From NCBI GenBank assembly GCA_038496445.1, contig JALMLS010000072.1:96754-160753 (forward strand): 64,000 bases of DNA, in the 5' to 3' direction. Below are positions 39,671 through 53,400 of the stretch, piece by piece. Positions within the stretch are counted from its first letter, which is position 1. Each line of letters begins with the position of its first letter. The notes below the pieces were generated by a model. It searched no databases, was not told where the DNA came from, and saw only the letters and a program-made list of their open reading frames with translations. This DNA is from Trichosphaerium sp. ATCC 40318 (lineage: Eukaryota > Protista > Tubulinea). Position numbers and translations under genes: made by a program.

Positions 39671-40128
39671 GGATGATCATCTCTATTTTTACCTTCTGCC
39701 TTATAATTGCCGTTTTACTTTTTTTTATGATCATCTCAACGGTTTGAGATATGGCAAATTTTGTGGGTTTTTTTTTTGGTCTATGCACGGAAGTCGATAG
39801 TTACTGCAGATTGATGGAAATGTATCTATTTTCTTGTCATAACTGAATAGCCTTATATCTTGTACTTAAAAAAAATTTCTTAAAAATAACCAAACAACAA
39901 AAAATGTGACTTCATTTCTTGCTTTCTCTCTCACGAACTTGGTTCTTTTTCTTCGTTAATGTAAAAATAGTTCAAATAATGATACTCTTACTGTTGATTT
40001 TTTGTGTTGAGAGTAGTATGATAATATTCACAGAATTGTGGAACGCAATTACTTTTCTTCTTCTGAACATCACTTTCGATAAGCATGTTCTTCATTTAGT
40101 CAACAAACGTTACAACGTCCTCTGCAAT

Positions 40129-40938
40129 ATGTCATCTAAACGGGCAAGAATAAAACCTCACAAAGTAGAGTATTGTAGTATTCTACTGCTACCAATAGAG
40201 CTACGACTTGATATCATGGACTTGAATGCTGAAGCTTCCAGACAGCTTCCACAACTTTGCAAAGAGATTGCTGTAACAAGCGGTCGTTATGATGAATCTC
40301 TCCTAAAACATGGGAAATGGAAGAGTCCGTTAGTGAAGTTCGGAAACTATCTATTCTCAGATGTACATAGATATATCCTTGAGCACTTCGAACATGGATA
40401 TTGTATTGAAAGAAAAACTTGGCATGAAACAGGTGGTATCGCTTCACATGCTTTTTATAGCAAACAGAGTACAGGCACAGATCAAAACCAATATAGATAT
40501 AGACCTTCAGTTGCACGGACATGTTTTAGGCTACCTAAGTGTAAAATATATTGCACGTGGGAACGAGAATCTCTTTGGTACTATGATGGTAAAAGAGAAG
40601 GAGAATATAAAGAATGGTTTCGAAATGGAAATCTAAGATTACATGAATTCTATAAGGATGGATACAAGCATGGAGAGCAAAAAGAATATTATCACGGTAA
40701 ACTAGCATTTCAAGAATTTTATAAGAATGGTAGCCGAGAAGGACAACATAAGAAATGGATAAAAGGAATATTGGTTGATTGTAGTAATTATACCAATGAT
40801 GTTAGACATGGTATTTCAACATCATGGTATAAAAATGGAAAATTACAATCTCGAAACAACTATGTTAATGGTGTTCTTCAAGGAGAATTTATCGAGTGGG
40901 ATAAAGATGGAACTCAAATTGAACAAAACTGGGATTAA
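40129..40938 (+). CDS. F-box-like + MORN-variant repeat protein, paralogue 3, single exon
   Basis: Probable start MSSKRARIK; ILLLPIELRLDIMDLNAEASRQLPQLCKEI..SGRYDESLLKHGKW, then repeats such as GKREGEYKEWFRNGNLRLHEFYKD and DVRHGISTSWYKNGKLQSRNNYVNG. Confidence 0.85.
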   Translation: MSSKRARIKPHKVEYCSILLLPIELRLDIMDLNAEASRQLPQLCKEIAVTSGRYDESLLKHGKWKSPLVKFGNYLFSDVHRYILEHFEHGYCIERKTWHETGGIASHAFYSKQSTGTDQNQYRYRPSVARTCFRLPKCKIYCTWERESLWYYDGKREGEYKEWFRNGNLRLHEFYKDGYKHGEQKEYYHGKLAFQEFYKNGSREGQHKKWIKGILVDCSNYTNDVRHGISTSWYKNGKLQSRNNYVNGVLQGEFIEWDKDGTQIEQNWD

Positions 40939-41560
40939 GATTTATTTAATAAAACCATTCCTACTAACAACATATGTTGATTGGCAAAAAGAATAAGGAG
41001 CACAAAGAATGATATAGGGACAGAAGACTGAGAAAAAGTACAGTGTTGTTAAGTGAGGTCAAGGGTTGAATGTTACTTTCAGCACTAAAATACAGTTTTT
41101 GACGCTGATGCGCTGTTTGTAAGTGTTTATTCCTTCTGTTTGATGAAAATTTCCCGACAAAGTAAACTGTACAATCACGAACGGCATCCATAATAGTCAC
41201 TGCTCTTGGCTTTTCAATGGCGTTATAAGTATGTATCCCTTTCGTTATGGGGTGTAAGCCAAAAAACCACTGAGCCGATGCTGGGTACGTTTTATAGGGA
41301 GAAATGGCAGTTGTGGGGTTGTTTAATGTTAATTTTTTTTGGTTTGGTGGCTTTGAAACGTGAACTTTTTATGCAAACGACTTAGTGACGAACAAACCAA
41401 TAGAGTATCGATTGCTACCATACAACGAGCTGGTAGTGTGTAGATAATAATAAGGAGAGCAACGAGAGGTTAAAAAAAACCCCACAATCTTTTTCTCCAA
41501 CAAAATTACATTTTTGTGAATCACGTGATTCGCTAGAACATTATTGTAGTATTTTACAAC

Positions 41561-42748
41561 ATGCGCATCGTCTTCTTTGTTATATTGGCGTGTACCATTA
41601 CCTCTGTATCCGCTTATGGACACCGACGTAATACTGAGGATAACCCTTTCAGCGGCCCTACTTGGGAGAACCAAACAGCTACAGCAAAAATAAGCCAGCT
41701 TTGGTCTGTTATTTCTTCCGATTCTACCCCTCTTGGTTGGTATGGTCCCCTCACAATGCCGCAATTGTTTATAGAGTACATGAACGTAACATTTGATACT
41801 ATATCTGACCAGCTACCAAAGCAAGGTACCTACTATCTCAAGCTCCAGTATTTTTTTCGTTTTCGTTTTTCTTGGGTTTCTTCATTTTACCATTACTTAC
41901 ACCTACTGCCAGGTCTTTTGGAGACAGATAGACTAAAATTAATACATACCGTCGGTGGGGTAGCTAAATGCGCCTGGAAACCATTAGGGAACCACAATTA
42001 TACCGGTATTTTCAGTAGCGGCGCTGATAACGTCATCTGTCGATTCTCAACGGCGACACAACCTGAAACTGGTAATTTCCCACCTGGTCTTAGTCTAAAG
42101 GTCTTGATAGATGGCCAAGACTCCGTAAACACAATGGCTATGTACGTACAAAGCCTTCGAATACAAAACGCTTCTCAACTAACATTTATTTAAAGGTATT
42201 CGTTGTCGGGACAAGATTCTTACAATTTTTTCAAACATGATTTGACAAATCACGTGCCTATGTACGGTACTGCTGCAGCACTTAAACTACAACTCCTCGT
42301 GAAAAAATTCAAAGAGGCTTCAAAATGGGCTAACTTACTTGGACTTAACACGTGGGCTCGTCGCACCCAAAACGGAAGTGCTGTTGACCGACCAAATTAC
42401 CCATACAGATTGATCTTCCACCCAGCCAACAACGTCCGTTCTGCTTTCCCTGACGGCAATCCTGGTGTAATTCTCCCAGTACAACTACAATCTGTTCCAA
42501 TAGGTCGTATCTATGACGTTTACGCCATTGCTACACCTTTTGGTAAACCTCAAATGATCGGACAACTTTCAACCACTACTAAAGTTACTGGATCCAACTA
42601 CGGTGATAAGAAATTGTTCTTTGAGCATGTTAGAATGGATGACGATTTTAATGATCATCCAGAGTGGATAGAACCTACCATTCAGATTACAAAAGAACAA
42701 GCCTCCGTACCAAAATTTGTATACCCTGATTTATCTTTTACAGAATAA
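41561..42748 (+). CDS. Secreted small catalase-fold (catalase-related haem) protein
   Basis: Signal peptide MRIVFFVILACTITSVSA; RLKLIHTVGGVAK, YTGIF..ICRFS, PGLSLKVLIDGQDSVN, SYNFFKHDLTNH; two short introns. Confidence 0.7.
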
Positions 42749-43814
42749 AAACATATTCTCACCTGCCCATTTTGTTGTAAGTGTGACTAGCCTATACATT
42801 TCGTGATAGTTCAGGTTGCAATTGAAGTTTAGAACTTAGAGCAATGTGAATGTAGTTTACGTTTGTAATGGGGGTATAACGCTTTGTCGACTTTGAACTG
42901 AGATCTTTTTTGTTTTTTCTAGCGTTTTCTTTTACTTGTTTTTTGCTTCTTCTGCTTTCTTGACAGCCTCGTTTTCGTCTGTTGGATCATCAAGCATTTC
43001 TTTAACTCTTTACCGACGGCTTTGTAATACATAAATCCTTGAGTGAAATATGGTTCGCTGATTAATAATCAATCAAAAGATTGATCTGGTTGTCAGGGTG
43101 TAATGATTGCGTAATATCAATGCTTCATTGTATGTAGTCTGCGAAGTCTGTAGGCTTTAATAAATCCATAGAAAGATTCTAACAATTGGGCATGATATCA
43201 ATCGGACTTGATTGATTTTGTTAAGTATTGACTATTTTTTTAAGTCGCGTCCTTAAACATTAACCATCAATTACAACAAATATCACCACTCTTCCCCTAT
43301 TAATAAAAAGCAATCATGTACTTGAATTTACATCTAATCTGTTTGTGCACTCTAAGTACGCTACTAATCAAAGTTGACTGTCAATCAAATTTCTTTGAAT
43401 GACTACCTTTATCAATCTCTTACTTTTTTTGCAGTTTTGGTTGCAGCTTGCAAACTTAATGAGAACCACGAAGATCCCATTACGCAGTGCACTGTAGAAA
43501 AACCTTTCGCTTTTTGTCATACAACCAAAGGTGCCTTTGTGAAGTTAGATCTACGGGATCTACGGGATGTGAGGAGTTTATCTTCAGGTACACATCTATC
43601 TTTTATCATATTTATAATCATCTTTAACCTAGGCTTTCTTAATTGGAACGAATTACCACGAACTGTTATTACATCTGAGAAACAGAATCAACTTTATTAA
43701 TAACTAGCATTCAGTTCAACAATATTTACAGTAATGGCAAAGAAACAAAGTATGAAACATGTCAACTGCTTACAAATAAAATAAGTTTTTAATAGGTAGT
43801 ACAATTAGTTTAGT

Positions 43815-46210
43815 CTATTCTATTTTTAACTCTAGTAACATATCTTTAATACTACTCTGGTTTCTTTCAAGAAGCATCTCCAAAGCTCCAGAAGTAGAGT
43901 TAATCATCTTTTTGTATCTTTCCATATTTGTTTTTGTTTCCTTTGATTGCTTTTCAACATCTTTAAATCGCTTGTTAAGAAACTCTATGAGCTCTTGAAG
44001 ACTCCTAGACCATTATTAAATAACTGATATTTCCCAACCACATGTATATTTTAAAAACGCACGTGTTGTCATCTTTTATTGCTATAATCTGTTCAGCCAA
44101 CAATTCATTTTCTGCTATCAAATCTTTGATGACCTAATCAGAAGATTGTTAAGCTACAACATCCTTTTACATAAATACACATTGGTACCTGATCGTTAAC
44201 TTGTGATTCATTCCCTTTTTGTGACGCAATCTCTTCTTGTAAAGCACGTATCTTGTTGAGATTCAGCACAAAAACATGGTCGAATATACTCTCTTAAATT
44301 ACCTTTTTTTCGGCTTCCATTAACTGCTTTTCTAATTCTATCACCTTGTTTGACTGCTCTTCCATTTTGAAGTTTACATCTTTTAATTCATTTTCTAATC
44401 TCTCCATATCATTTGGAGACCCTTCAGATATTTCCTGTTCAAGTTTCTTAAACAAAGCGCTATACTCTTTATTTTTTTTTGCCATTGCTACTAATTTTCC
44501 CTTAAACCAAGTCAGTCAGAAAGCTCAGGAATAAAATGATTTAACGATAAAAAATGTAGTGAAAATCGAGAAGAAGACAAATTAAAAAAAGGTGCTGAGG
44601 GTGTTCTGAGAAACACCAAGTTTGGAAAATTTTAGGAAACTTTTTTTTGAAAAAAATCAGAAGAGCCTCTTCCTTTGCGGCGTTACCTTGACGTCTCGGA
44701 GTAATTTTAGCACATCTTGCATTTCAGCTGTTAGACTAACAATAGCCTCTTCCTTTAAAGCTAGTTGTTCTTTTAACTCTGCAATTGTTTTATCTTTTTC
44801 TTTTGCTTCGTTTTTCAACTTGCTTATTTCTTGTGTATGCTCGCTTATCATAGAACCTTGTTTTTTGAGCTTCTTCCTACACTTAGAAAGTTTTGATTCT
44901 AGTTCTTGTATACGTTTATCTTTAGGGTCAATCCTATAGTGTATAAGTACTTAAACTCTTTCTGAATGATTTGAATAAATCTTACTTTTCTTTAGGTTTC
45001 AACGTAGTGTGCTAGAACAGTGACGTTAGAAAACACGTGATAGTATAATGTACGCATACGTTTTTGAAAAAAGATACGTATACCATGATAATGTTTTCAC
45101 TTGGTGGATCAGGGAAGACATCACTTGGTTCCAACAAAACGGGGATGCCAAGCTAACAACTATGTAAAAAATACTTTTACAATACAGATATTGTTTTACC
45201 TTTTCTTTAGCAACGTCAAAAGCAGTCTTCAAAGTCTTTATAGAATCTCCTTCCTAATTAACTACAATTAATCACGTGTCAACTTTACTTAAAATCACAC
45301 CTTCTCAAGTGCTTCAAGGTCAATATCTTCAGGTTTTAGAGATGCGACTAAACAAGCAAAAGCTCTTCCATCCGTCCAACTACAATCATCATTAATACAT
45401 AAATGCAAAGACGCCATCCCGTGGGAAACAATCAAACAAGTTAGAATTTTATCACGTGCCTTGAAGAAAAGTTTTTAATATCACAACCAAAAGAAGATAA
45501 AGTTTCTTTTACCCATTTCAAAAGCGCTGCGCGTTGAATGTTTTGATACTTCAAAATAATGGTCCAAATAAGACCATAAATAAGCGTTGCATTTCCTTCA
45601 ACAACATCTAAACACCATCACATTAATATAGGTCGTGCAGTGGGGCTGTGACGTAAGGAATGACGTACTATTAGCGTCAAGAGTAATGTTAATATCCTGG
45701 TCCTTTATAAACTCTAGCAGAGCGTCCACTTCGCTTGAACGGTTGAACAAAACACTTGAATTCTTCTCTCTTTTCTTTGACTGCTTTTTTGAAGCCAAAG
45801 CTTTATTACGTGCTTTCTCTGCCTTTTTCCACTTCTGTAAAGGTATTGACTTGCCCGTGAGTACCTTGAATTATTTTAGTTTTGGACACGTGATCGTAAA
45901 AGCGGAACACGATCTTTTTTTTTTGTGGACTTTTTTTTATTATTTTACCTCCAGTAGATGAAACATTTGGTAACCTTCTTGGACATCTTTTACGATATCG
46001 TCAACCTCAACTCCACGTGGTTTAAGCGTTATATTCATCCATCGCTTATAAACCTTCAAAAACAGTAAATACGGCGTCTCAAGAGGGTACTAGTGCCTTT
46101 GCTTGAGCTTTGCTCTGCTCGTCAGCTAACTCCTTTCTTATGATAGTGTGCGATCTCTCTCTACTCTCTGCTATTTTTACAGCTGTCAAAGTATCAGTTT
46201 CTGACTTCAT
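43815..46210 (-). CDS. Tandem calponin-homology actin-binding domain + long coiled coil (cortexillin/alpha-actinin-like)
   Basis: CH1: QAK|VYKRWMNITL..DIVKDVQEG..LLE|VLTGK..GNATLIYGLIWTIILKYQ. CH2: NFSS|SWTDGRAFACLV..AFDVAKEK|LGIPVLLEPSD. Lys/Glu-rich heptads follow. Confidence 0.85.
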
Positions 46211-46484
46211 GATGCTCAAGTCGGATAGTAAGATGGATTATTTGAACAAATATGGAATGTAATAAACTGTGATTTCCCTTTTCAAAACTTTCCTAAAACT
46301 ACATCAATACTTAACTTATACTACACTCCTCCTTATAATAAGCGGTTAACGTAAGGTACATATACACTTCTTCTGAGCCATAAGGTACATGCAGCACTTT
46401 GTAGTGTGTCGTACAAATACCTGACGTTGCCGATTACCTGAAAACTTGTTTGACAACTGTTTACGTTATTGCGTTGTTCAAAGC

Positions 46485-47158
46485 ATGGGCAACCTTTTCG
46501 GTTGGGCTAGGAATACGTCAGTACGTGCAGTTATCGCTGGTTTGGACGGTGCTGGCAAAACTGTACGTTATCCCGTTGTTTTTCAATAAAAGACGTTAAT
46601 ATTAATGTGATGCGGCTTGTTATAGACGTTGTTGTACAGCATGAAGCAAGGTACTCCTGTAGAAACTATTCCAACCATTGGGTTCAACTTTGAGACTATA
46701 AACTATAAAAACCTTCAATTTAGCGTATGGGACATGGGTACGCGGAGTTTGTGTCTAATAATTTACAAAACCTCTAAAAATTGCCCGTAGGAGGTCAACA
46801 TAACATAAGAGCGCTATGGAAGCACTACGTAACGTATTTGGGCGGTCTTTTTCTTGTTATAGATAGTACAGACACTGAACGCTTTGAAGAAGCCAAAAAC
46901 GAGTTAGAAACGCTTCTAGCACATCCAGACTTAGCACGTGTGCCGATTTTAGTTTATGCAAATAAGCAGGACTTGGGAAATGCGATGACAACTGACAAAA
47001 TCAAAGAACGATTTAATTTTGATAAATCTTGCTCTGAAAGAAAGTGGCGAGTTCAAAAATGCTCAGCATTGACGGGTGAAGGAGTGAAGGAGGGTTTAGA
47101 ATGGTTACATATGACAATAGAAGCTCGTCGTAGACGGACAAACAGATCATGGTTTTAA
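46485..47158 (+). CDS. Arf/Arl-family small GTPase
   Basis: MGNLF (myristoylation), [22 protein letters not shown]|[14 protein letters not shown]. Confidence 0.95.
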
Positions 47159-47881
47159 CTATGCTACAATTTTAACTTTTATGTTATCACGTGATAAGTA
47201 AATACTTTCTTCCTTGTACATAGGTATTGTACTCTTATAACAAGTAGTTTTATGAAATACAAGAGCTTCAAAGTAGTTTAAGGGTACTATTGCGCCTGAA
47301 CAAGTTGCACGAAGCTAAATGTTGTAACAATAACGTTCCATTTCTTGTTTGTCTTGGAGCAGGCTTATTAAGTTCCTTTGGCTGGCGTGCTTTTGCGATG
47401 CTCTCTTCTACTGGGATTGCCCTTGCATGTTGACGGCTGTACAGCGGCAATGCACACTTCAGTTTCCGAAAAGGATGGCAGACACATGCGGCATTAGCCA
47501 GTTTTGGGATTCCATGAATATTTGCGAACAGTGTGTTAATTTGTTTTGGGTTGTTGAATGCCAATAGGAAATATTTATATCCCAAATTTCGCGATAACTC
47601 GTGTGACTGTGTTGTTCAAGTACTCTGTTTGCGAAATTAGCATTCTGATGGTCAATGAAACCTTGACAATTTAAGAGTATGAATAACAAAGTCCGAGACT
47701 TTTAGTATTAATAGCTCATTCATTTAACATCTCAAAAAAACAAGAACGCTTGTACAAAAGAAGGTTCATTTCGTTCTCTTGTACGGTTTACTTTTGCTAC
47801 TTTTTCTTAAATCTGTGTAGCACAGTGATATGTGCTATGAAAATATATGTGATATTTCTGGCAAGTTTTTAAGAATATATC

Positions 47882-49929
47882 ATGAAAAGCAACGTTTCCT
47901 CACTTTTTGTGCTTTTCTTGTGCTTCTCAGGTATTATAACAATACTAGCACAAGAACCAATATACCTTTCTTCTTCTGGTGGTACTCCAGCTCCAAATTG
48001 CGGCTCTAAAGAAACGTGCGCATTTGTATTTGTATAAATACTTCTAAACTATTTATACAGTCCTTGTGGGTCATTACAAGATGCTGTATGTGTCGCCACG
48101 TGTTTTAATGTCAAACCTGCCCCAATTAACAAATCTGTAATATACGTTGCAGATGGCGTGTACTCAGGTACGAAAGGAAGAATAACAGCACGATATTGTT
48201 CTTTTTTTATCCGCTCATTGCTGATACTTATCCTAGGACCCAAAAATTACGGGGTATCGATGTCTGGAACATGTGGAGAATGCACGAGAGGACCTTACTT
48301 CTCTATTGCTGATGATTTTCGAATTATCGGTGGCACACCCGAAAACATTAACTTTGAACCAAAAGCACGTGCTTTTTTCAGACCTAAACAATACAATGCT
48401 CCATATTCTTATTCCTTTGTAGGCTAATATATCATGTGAATACAATATTGGTGGCTTTAAGTCATATTACAACCTAGGTACAAATACATGAACAACAGCG
48501 TGTGTATCTACTTTCAGTTTTAACTTGTTGATCATAGGTATTTCACACATTACATTATCTGGCTTGATATTTGACAAGTGTCGTCCTTTCCGAGCCGACT
48601 ATGCTGTCTTGACTGTCTACGCTGAGGATGCTGTACTTAATATCAATAATTGCTTGTTTACAAAGTAAAAAGAGAACAAAGACACCATGTACTGACTTCA
48701 TTACGTAGATCTTTGGGAAGCCCAGTATTTTTCTGGAGTGGTGGCGTACTCAATGTTACTGGTACAGTATTCTCGTACAACACTGGTATGGGTTCGTATG
48801 TTGATCAGAGTGGGTTGTCTATTCAGTCTGGTAACGAACATGGAATGGAAGTGTATGTTGACAACTGCACGTTTATTGGTAACACAAATTTCAACACCAA
48901 GGTACTTTCCTAGGAAACTCGCACTAGCGATTCATATCAAACAAACTGATTTCTAACTTTTTCACAGGACGCAACTCCTAATTGCGGAGCTGGTATATAT
49001 TTTAGTGCAAACAATGCTTATGGAAGATTGACAATAACGAATTCTCACTTTGAAAGAAACATGTACTAAAAACTGTTTTTTTTGGATTTGTTTAAGCATT
49101 CATTCCTGACCCACTCACTAGGGCTGATCAAGGATCTGTTTTGTGCTTATCAAATGTTACAGTGGTAAGATATTATTTATATTTGTCTCTGACACACTCT
49201 GTTCGATGAGAGTGGCTTTTGTTCTAATTCGTTTATGTAGACAGCAGAACATACTTCATTCATCAAGAATAGTGCAATGAATGATGGAGGAGGTTCGGTT
49301 TCTTTGAAGATTTGTCAGCTATTTCTTTTCTTACATTGTTTTCTAGTGATGTTTTTTCGATCTGGAACCAATGCAAGATTCTGTAATGACGTATCATGTA
49401 CGCAAAGAAGGCAACAACAACTCCTTTTTTTTTAAGTTGAATCTTATTTGGAACATTCTTCAACTTGACAGACTCCATCTAGTTTCTGAGAATGTTGCTC
49501 GCAGAGGCGATTTAGTAAGCATGTATGGAGCAAAGTTAGTTTGTAATACAACAGTCTTCACAGCAGGTACATTTCAAGCTTAAAAACAATTGCCTTTGCT
49601 AAGTTGGTTTTTTTGTTAGATAAAATTGACGCTACAGACGATGCAACTGTTGAAGATTGTGTTACTGGGCCAACTAAAAAACCTGTTCCTCCGTTGACAC
49701 CAGTAACTATGCACCGCCGTGTAGTATCCTGGCAAATTACAAGTACGTCTTAAACAAGAATCACTTCAACACTAAGCAATCGCCTCAAAACATTAAAAAA
49801 ACTAAAGTATTTTTCTCAACAGCTTTCGTTCTGGTTGTTTTGATTATCCTTCTTGGTGGATGCTCCATGGTTTGCTACTATAGAAAAAAGGCCCGATACG
49901 CAAAAATTACAAACATGTATAAGCTCTAA
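47882..49929 (+). CDS. Secreted/type I membrane protein with beta-helix-like repeats
   Basis: Signal peptide; CGSKET|PCGSLQDA..IYVADGVYSG; repeats such as VDNCTFIGN and ITNSHFERN; C-terminal TM followed by CYYRKKARY. Confidence 0.65.
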
Positions 49930-50457
49930 AGGTAGAATAAACTGTGTAATCCTATTGTTGTTGTCGCCTAAGCACGTAACTGTTTGGTTAACTATAACAC
50001 CTTTCGTCTCTCAAGGCCGTTGGTTGCTGCGAAAATCTGTGCTTTGTGCGGACGTAATCAATCTTCAAGCATACCATCAGCCCTACAGAAGGCCCTTCAC
50101 AAATGCAATTTATCGCAGAAAGATTTTTTGGTCTGAAAAAAATGCAATTTGTTTTAATTCACGTGACTTTCTGCTCTCTTAGACTCACATAAGCTCCATA
50201 AGGACAAACTAATGGCATTGCTTGCTGAGTTACAAAACTACCTAAGTTCACAAACCGTCCCGAAAAAACAGGCTTAGACAAAATAGCGTTATCAGGTCAA
50301 ATCCTGCTTCACGTTTTTTCTTTTTCTGAAATATGAGACTGCACAAAAACAAGATGTACTTTGCTTCTTTTTAATTACAGATAACCAGCATTTCACTACT
50401 TATGAAGGCTAATATTATGCCTATACAAACTTTCTCTGATTCAGACTAGTGCCAAGT

Positions 50458-53400
50458 TCATTCTTTCTTCTTTCCTCTTTTTTTCTTCTCTCTTGCTACT
50501 TCAGTCTGCTCATTTACAAGTGTGCTGTTTGATGAAGACTTGACTGCTATTTCCTCAGTATAAGATATCACTTCTGTAGTGTTTTCATCTGCTATGCTGC
50601 TATCCTCTGTGTATGAAGTATCATTTGCTCTTTCGTTTTTCAACTTTGCAACTTCAGCTTCTAGTTCTTCAACACGTAATCTCAGGTGACTATTGACTGG
50701 TGTTTCACTTCTCAAGTTGCGATTATTTGTGCTAGTATTCTTCATAGAAACCTCCGTCATTGACTCCTTCTCTCTTGTCATGTATACCATCTTAGGAATA
50801 AGAAGAACCAGAACTGATGATAGGGGTCCAAGAACGATACATAATGATCGTAGAATGTACAAAAGTTCTCTATTCGATGGTCCAAAAAACTAAAGAAAAA
50901 AATGAGAAAAAGATGAAGAAACTACAGTTTTCTTTCGCATCACCATTTGATAAAAAAAATAATTAACTTACTTGAATGACAATAAAAAGATCAACAAAGA
51001 AATTCAATATATAAACAGCCAGCCCAATCAACCTAAAATGTCAAATCAATAGACTAAACTCCAAAGATAAAAAATCTGAAACAAATCGCGTTTTCAGATT
51101 CACGTCGTACTTTGTTTCATTGTACAACAGAGACTTCAACTTCCATATTCTGAATACCCAGTAAAGTCCATATACAAGAACACCCAAGTTGACAACACCA
51201 AGTATCGATACAAATATGATATCCACCTTGTTATTTTGACAAAGTAAAAATCATCTGATAAGATATGCTCATTCTCAATCTCAAGTCTCGCTTTTCCTTT
51301 ACTTACGATTGTCCATAACACGAGTATCACAATTTCAATACCGAGTATAATACCGACAATAGGAAGAATCATTGCATTCGTCACTTTGAATACTTCCAAA
51401 GACTTGACTAAAAAGATTTGTCCTATCCGGTAAACACGTGCAAATAACGCTCCATAAGTCAACTATAACAATAAATCAAAACCAAAATGATTAATAATTA
51501 GCTTACACCAAACCCTACAGCAAGAAGCCATCGACATAGGCTACAATGTAAATCGTTTGTGTGAAGAGACCAAAAGAAAACGGAAGAATACATCAGAATT
51601 GTACCACACTAAAGGCAGGTAAGTATTCGCCTGACTGACGAAGATAAAAAGGTAAAACAGCAAAAAACCTATAATGACTTACCAGCATGAGTACCACAAA
51701 CAACGGTTGAGAAGCGCGAATCACGAGGTTGTTCCTTGCCAAAATCACAAATATTATCAAGCCAATTGTCAACAGTATAACCACCCCAACAAGACATGCA
51801 ATAGCGCGCTCACTAGTGTACACTAACAACCACTTACTATTTCATATTTCATAGCAAACCTCTACTTGTTAACGTACAATACCATCCATAGCTTGTTTGA
51901 CGTTGATCCCATCTTGGAACTGGATAAACTACACCCTTTGTAGCTGCGAATAGAGGAGCTACAATTTCATAGTTTAAGTCTTTATCAAGTTGATAAGTCA
52001 GAACATTTCTTCCAGCGTTTTGACCATATCTATTAATCTGAAACTCTCCACTGAACCCTCTCATATCCATTGTATCAATCGCAGATTGTATTAAATCTGG
52101 ATCTAAAGAGCTAGAGAATAAAATGAGAACACGTTTCTAGTTTTCTTCAAAAAAATGTCTTCATTCGTCTTACTTTGCTTTCTCAACTGCGTATTGAATT
52201 ATATATCCCGTCGTGTATCCAGAAGTTCCATGATGTCTGGGTTCCCTGTCGAATTTGTCTTTGTACTTTTTTGCAAATTGACGACCTGAAGAGAGAGTAG
52301 TGCTATTAGATATGAAGTGATGATATCGAACAGAAGGATCAGTTTCTTCATATACTTCAGAACTAAGCCTCTCATCAAACTATAAAAATAATCTTAGTAT
52401 TGTCGTCTACTTTACCGCTACATACAATACTCCCCGCCACCATCACATACTGCGCGTCTGGTCCTATGTTTTCTTGAACAACCTCAGGTACAACCAGACA
52501 AGGAATTGAAAGTAAAAAAGCCTATACAAATGATTGAAAGATACCGAAGTAAAGGTTGCTATTAAGTACCTTTGGATTAAATCCAAGCTCACGAGAAAGA
52601 CGCAATAACGATGAACAAGAGTTCCATGTACCACCAACAAGCACATCTATTCATTTTAATGATATTGGATCAGGTAAGAGTTTAAATACAAACCAGGTTT
52701 TATCTCTATCAATTCTGCTATCATTTCTTTCAAATCCTTTTCTTGACCATCAGGATCAAATCTGCTGCTTATTTGCTTTTGATACACACACTCTAGCTTC
52801 AAGAATCCCATATCTCTTATAGCACCCTCTGCAACACCAACCAAAGCAGCTAGTATTCATTATAAAACGTTAAATAAGTGGATTGTAACTCGCAACGTAC
52901 GTTCCCAATAAACTGCAATTCTTTTTGTTCCTTGGATTGTCAGGATATTAAGTGCTTCACGCATAAAAGAAATCGTAGGTATGATGAGCTCTATGGTATA
53001 TGGAAGTCGTCTACCAAATGCATTCTCACATGGATATGCTAGATTTTCATCACAGATAAGTAAAGCAGGTACTCCCGATGCAGCTACAACAAAAAAGTAA
53101 ATACCATAAGCCAGTTTTGACTATTTCTTTGTTGATGAAAAAACCACGTGTACAACATGATTACGCACGTTCAATACTGTTAACTTTATGCTCATGACCA
53201 ACAATAGCAGCAGGTAGACCATAGTTAATCGTACGAGGCTAAATAATGAAAGTTACAAAAATTCTGTAATTGTTTCGAACCCAATTGGAGGAAGTGACTC
53301 GTGAATTCAAGAGACGTACCAAAATTAAAAAGTTCACATCATGATCATTCACCAGTTGTAGTGCAGCAGTAGTAGAAGCATTTACCGTAGTTTCTAATAC

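Noticed and set aside
39919-40128. Hydrophobic 70-aa N-terminal extension of the 339-aa ORF
   Set aside because: Starts at TTG in T-rich intergenic DNA; the paralogues imply a start at ATG 40129.
42900-43700. Coding-like stretch including EDPIT and a 9-bp duplication
   Set aside because: Frames are interrupted and no family is recognisable, so a call cannot be supported.
47268-47689. Overlapping ORFs after Arf, possibly a transposase fragment
   Set aside because: No DDE motif, terminal repeats or recognisable domain in any frame.
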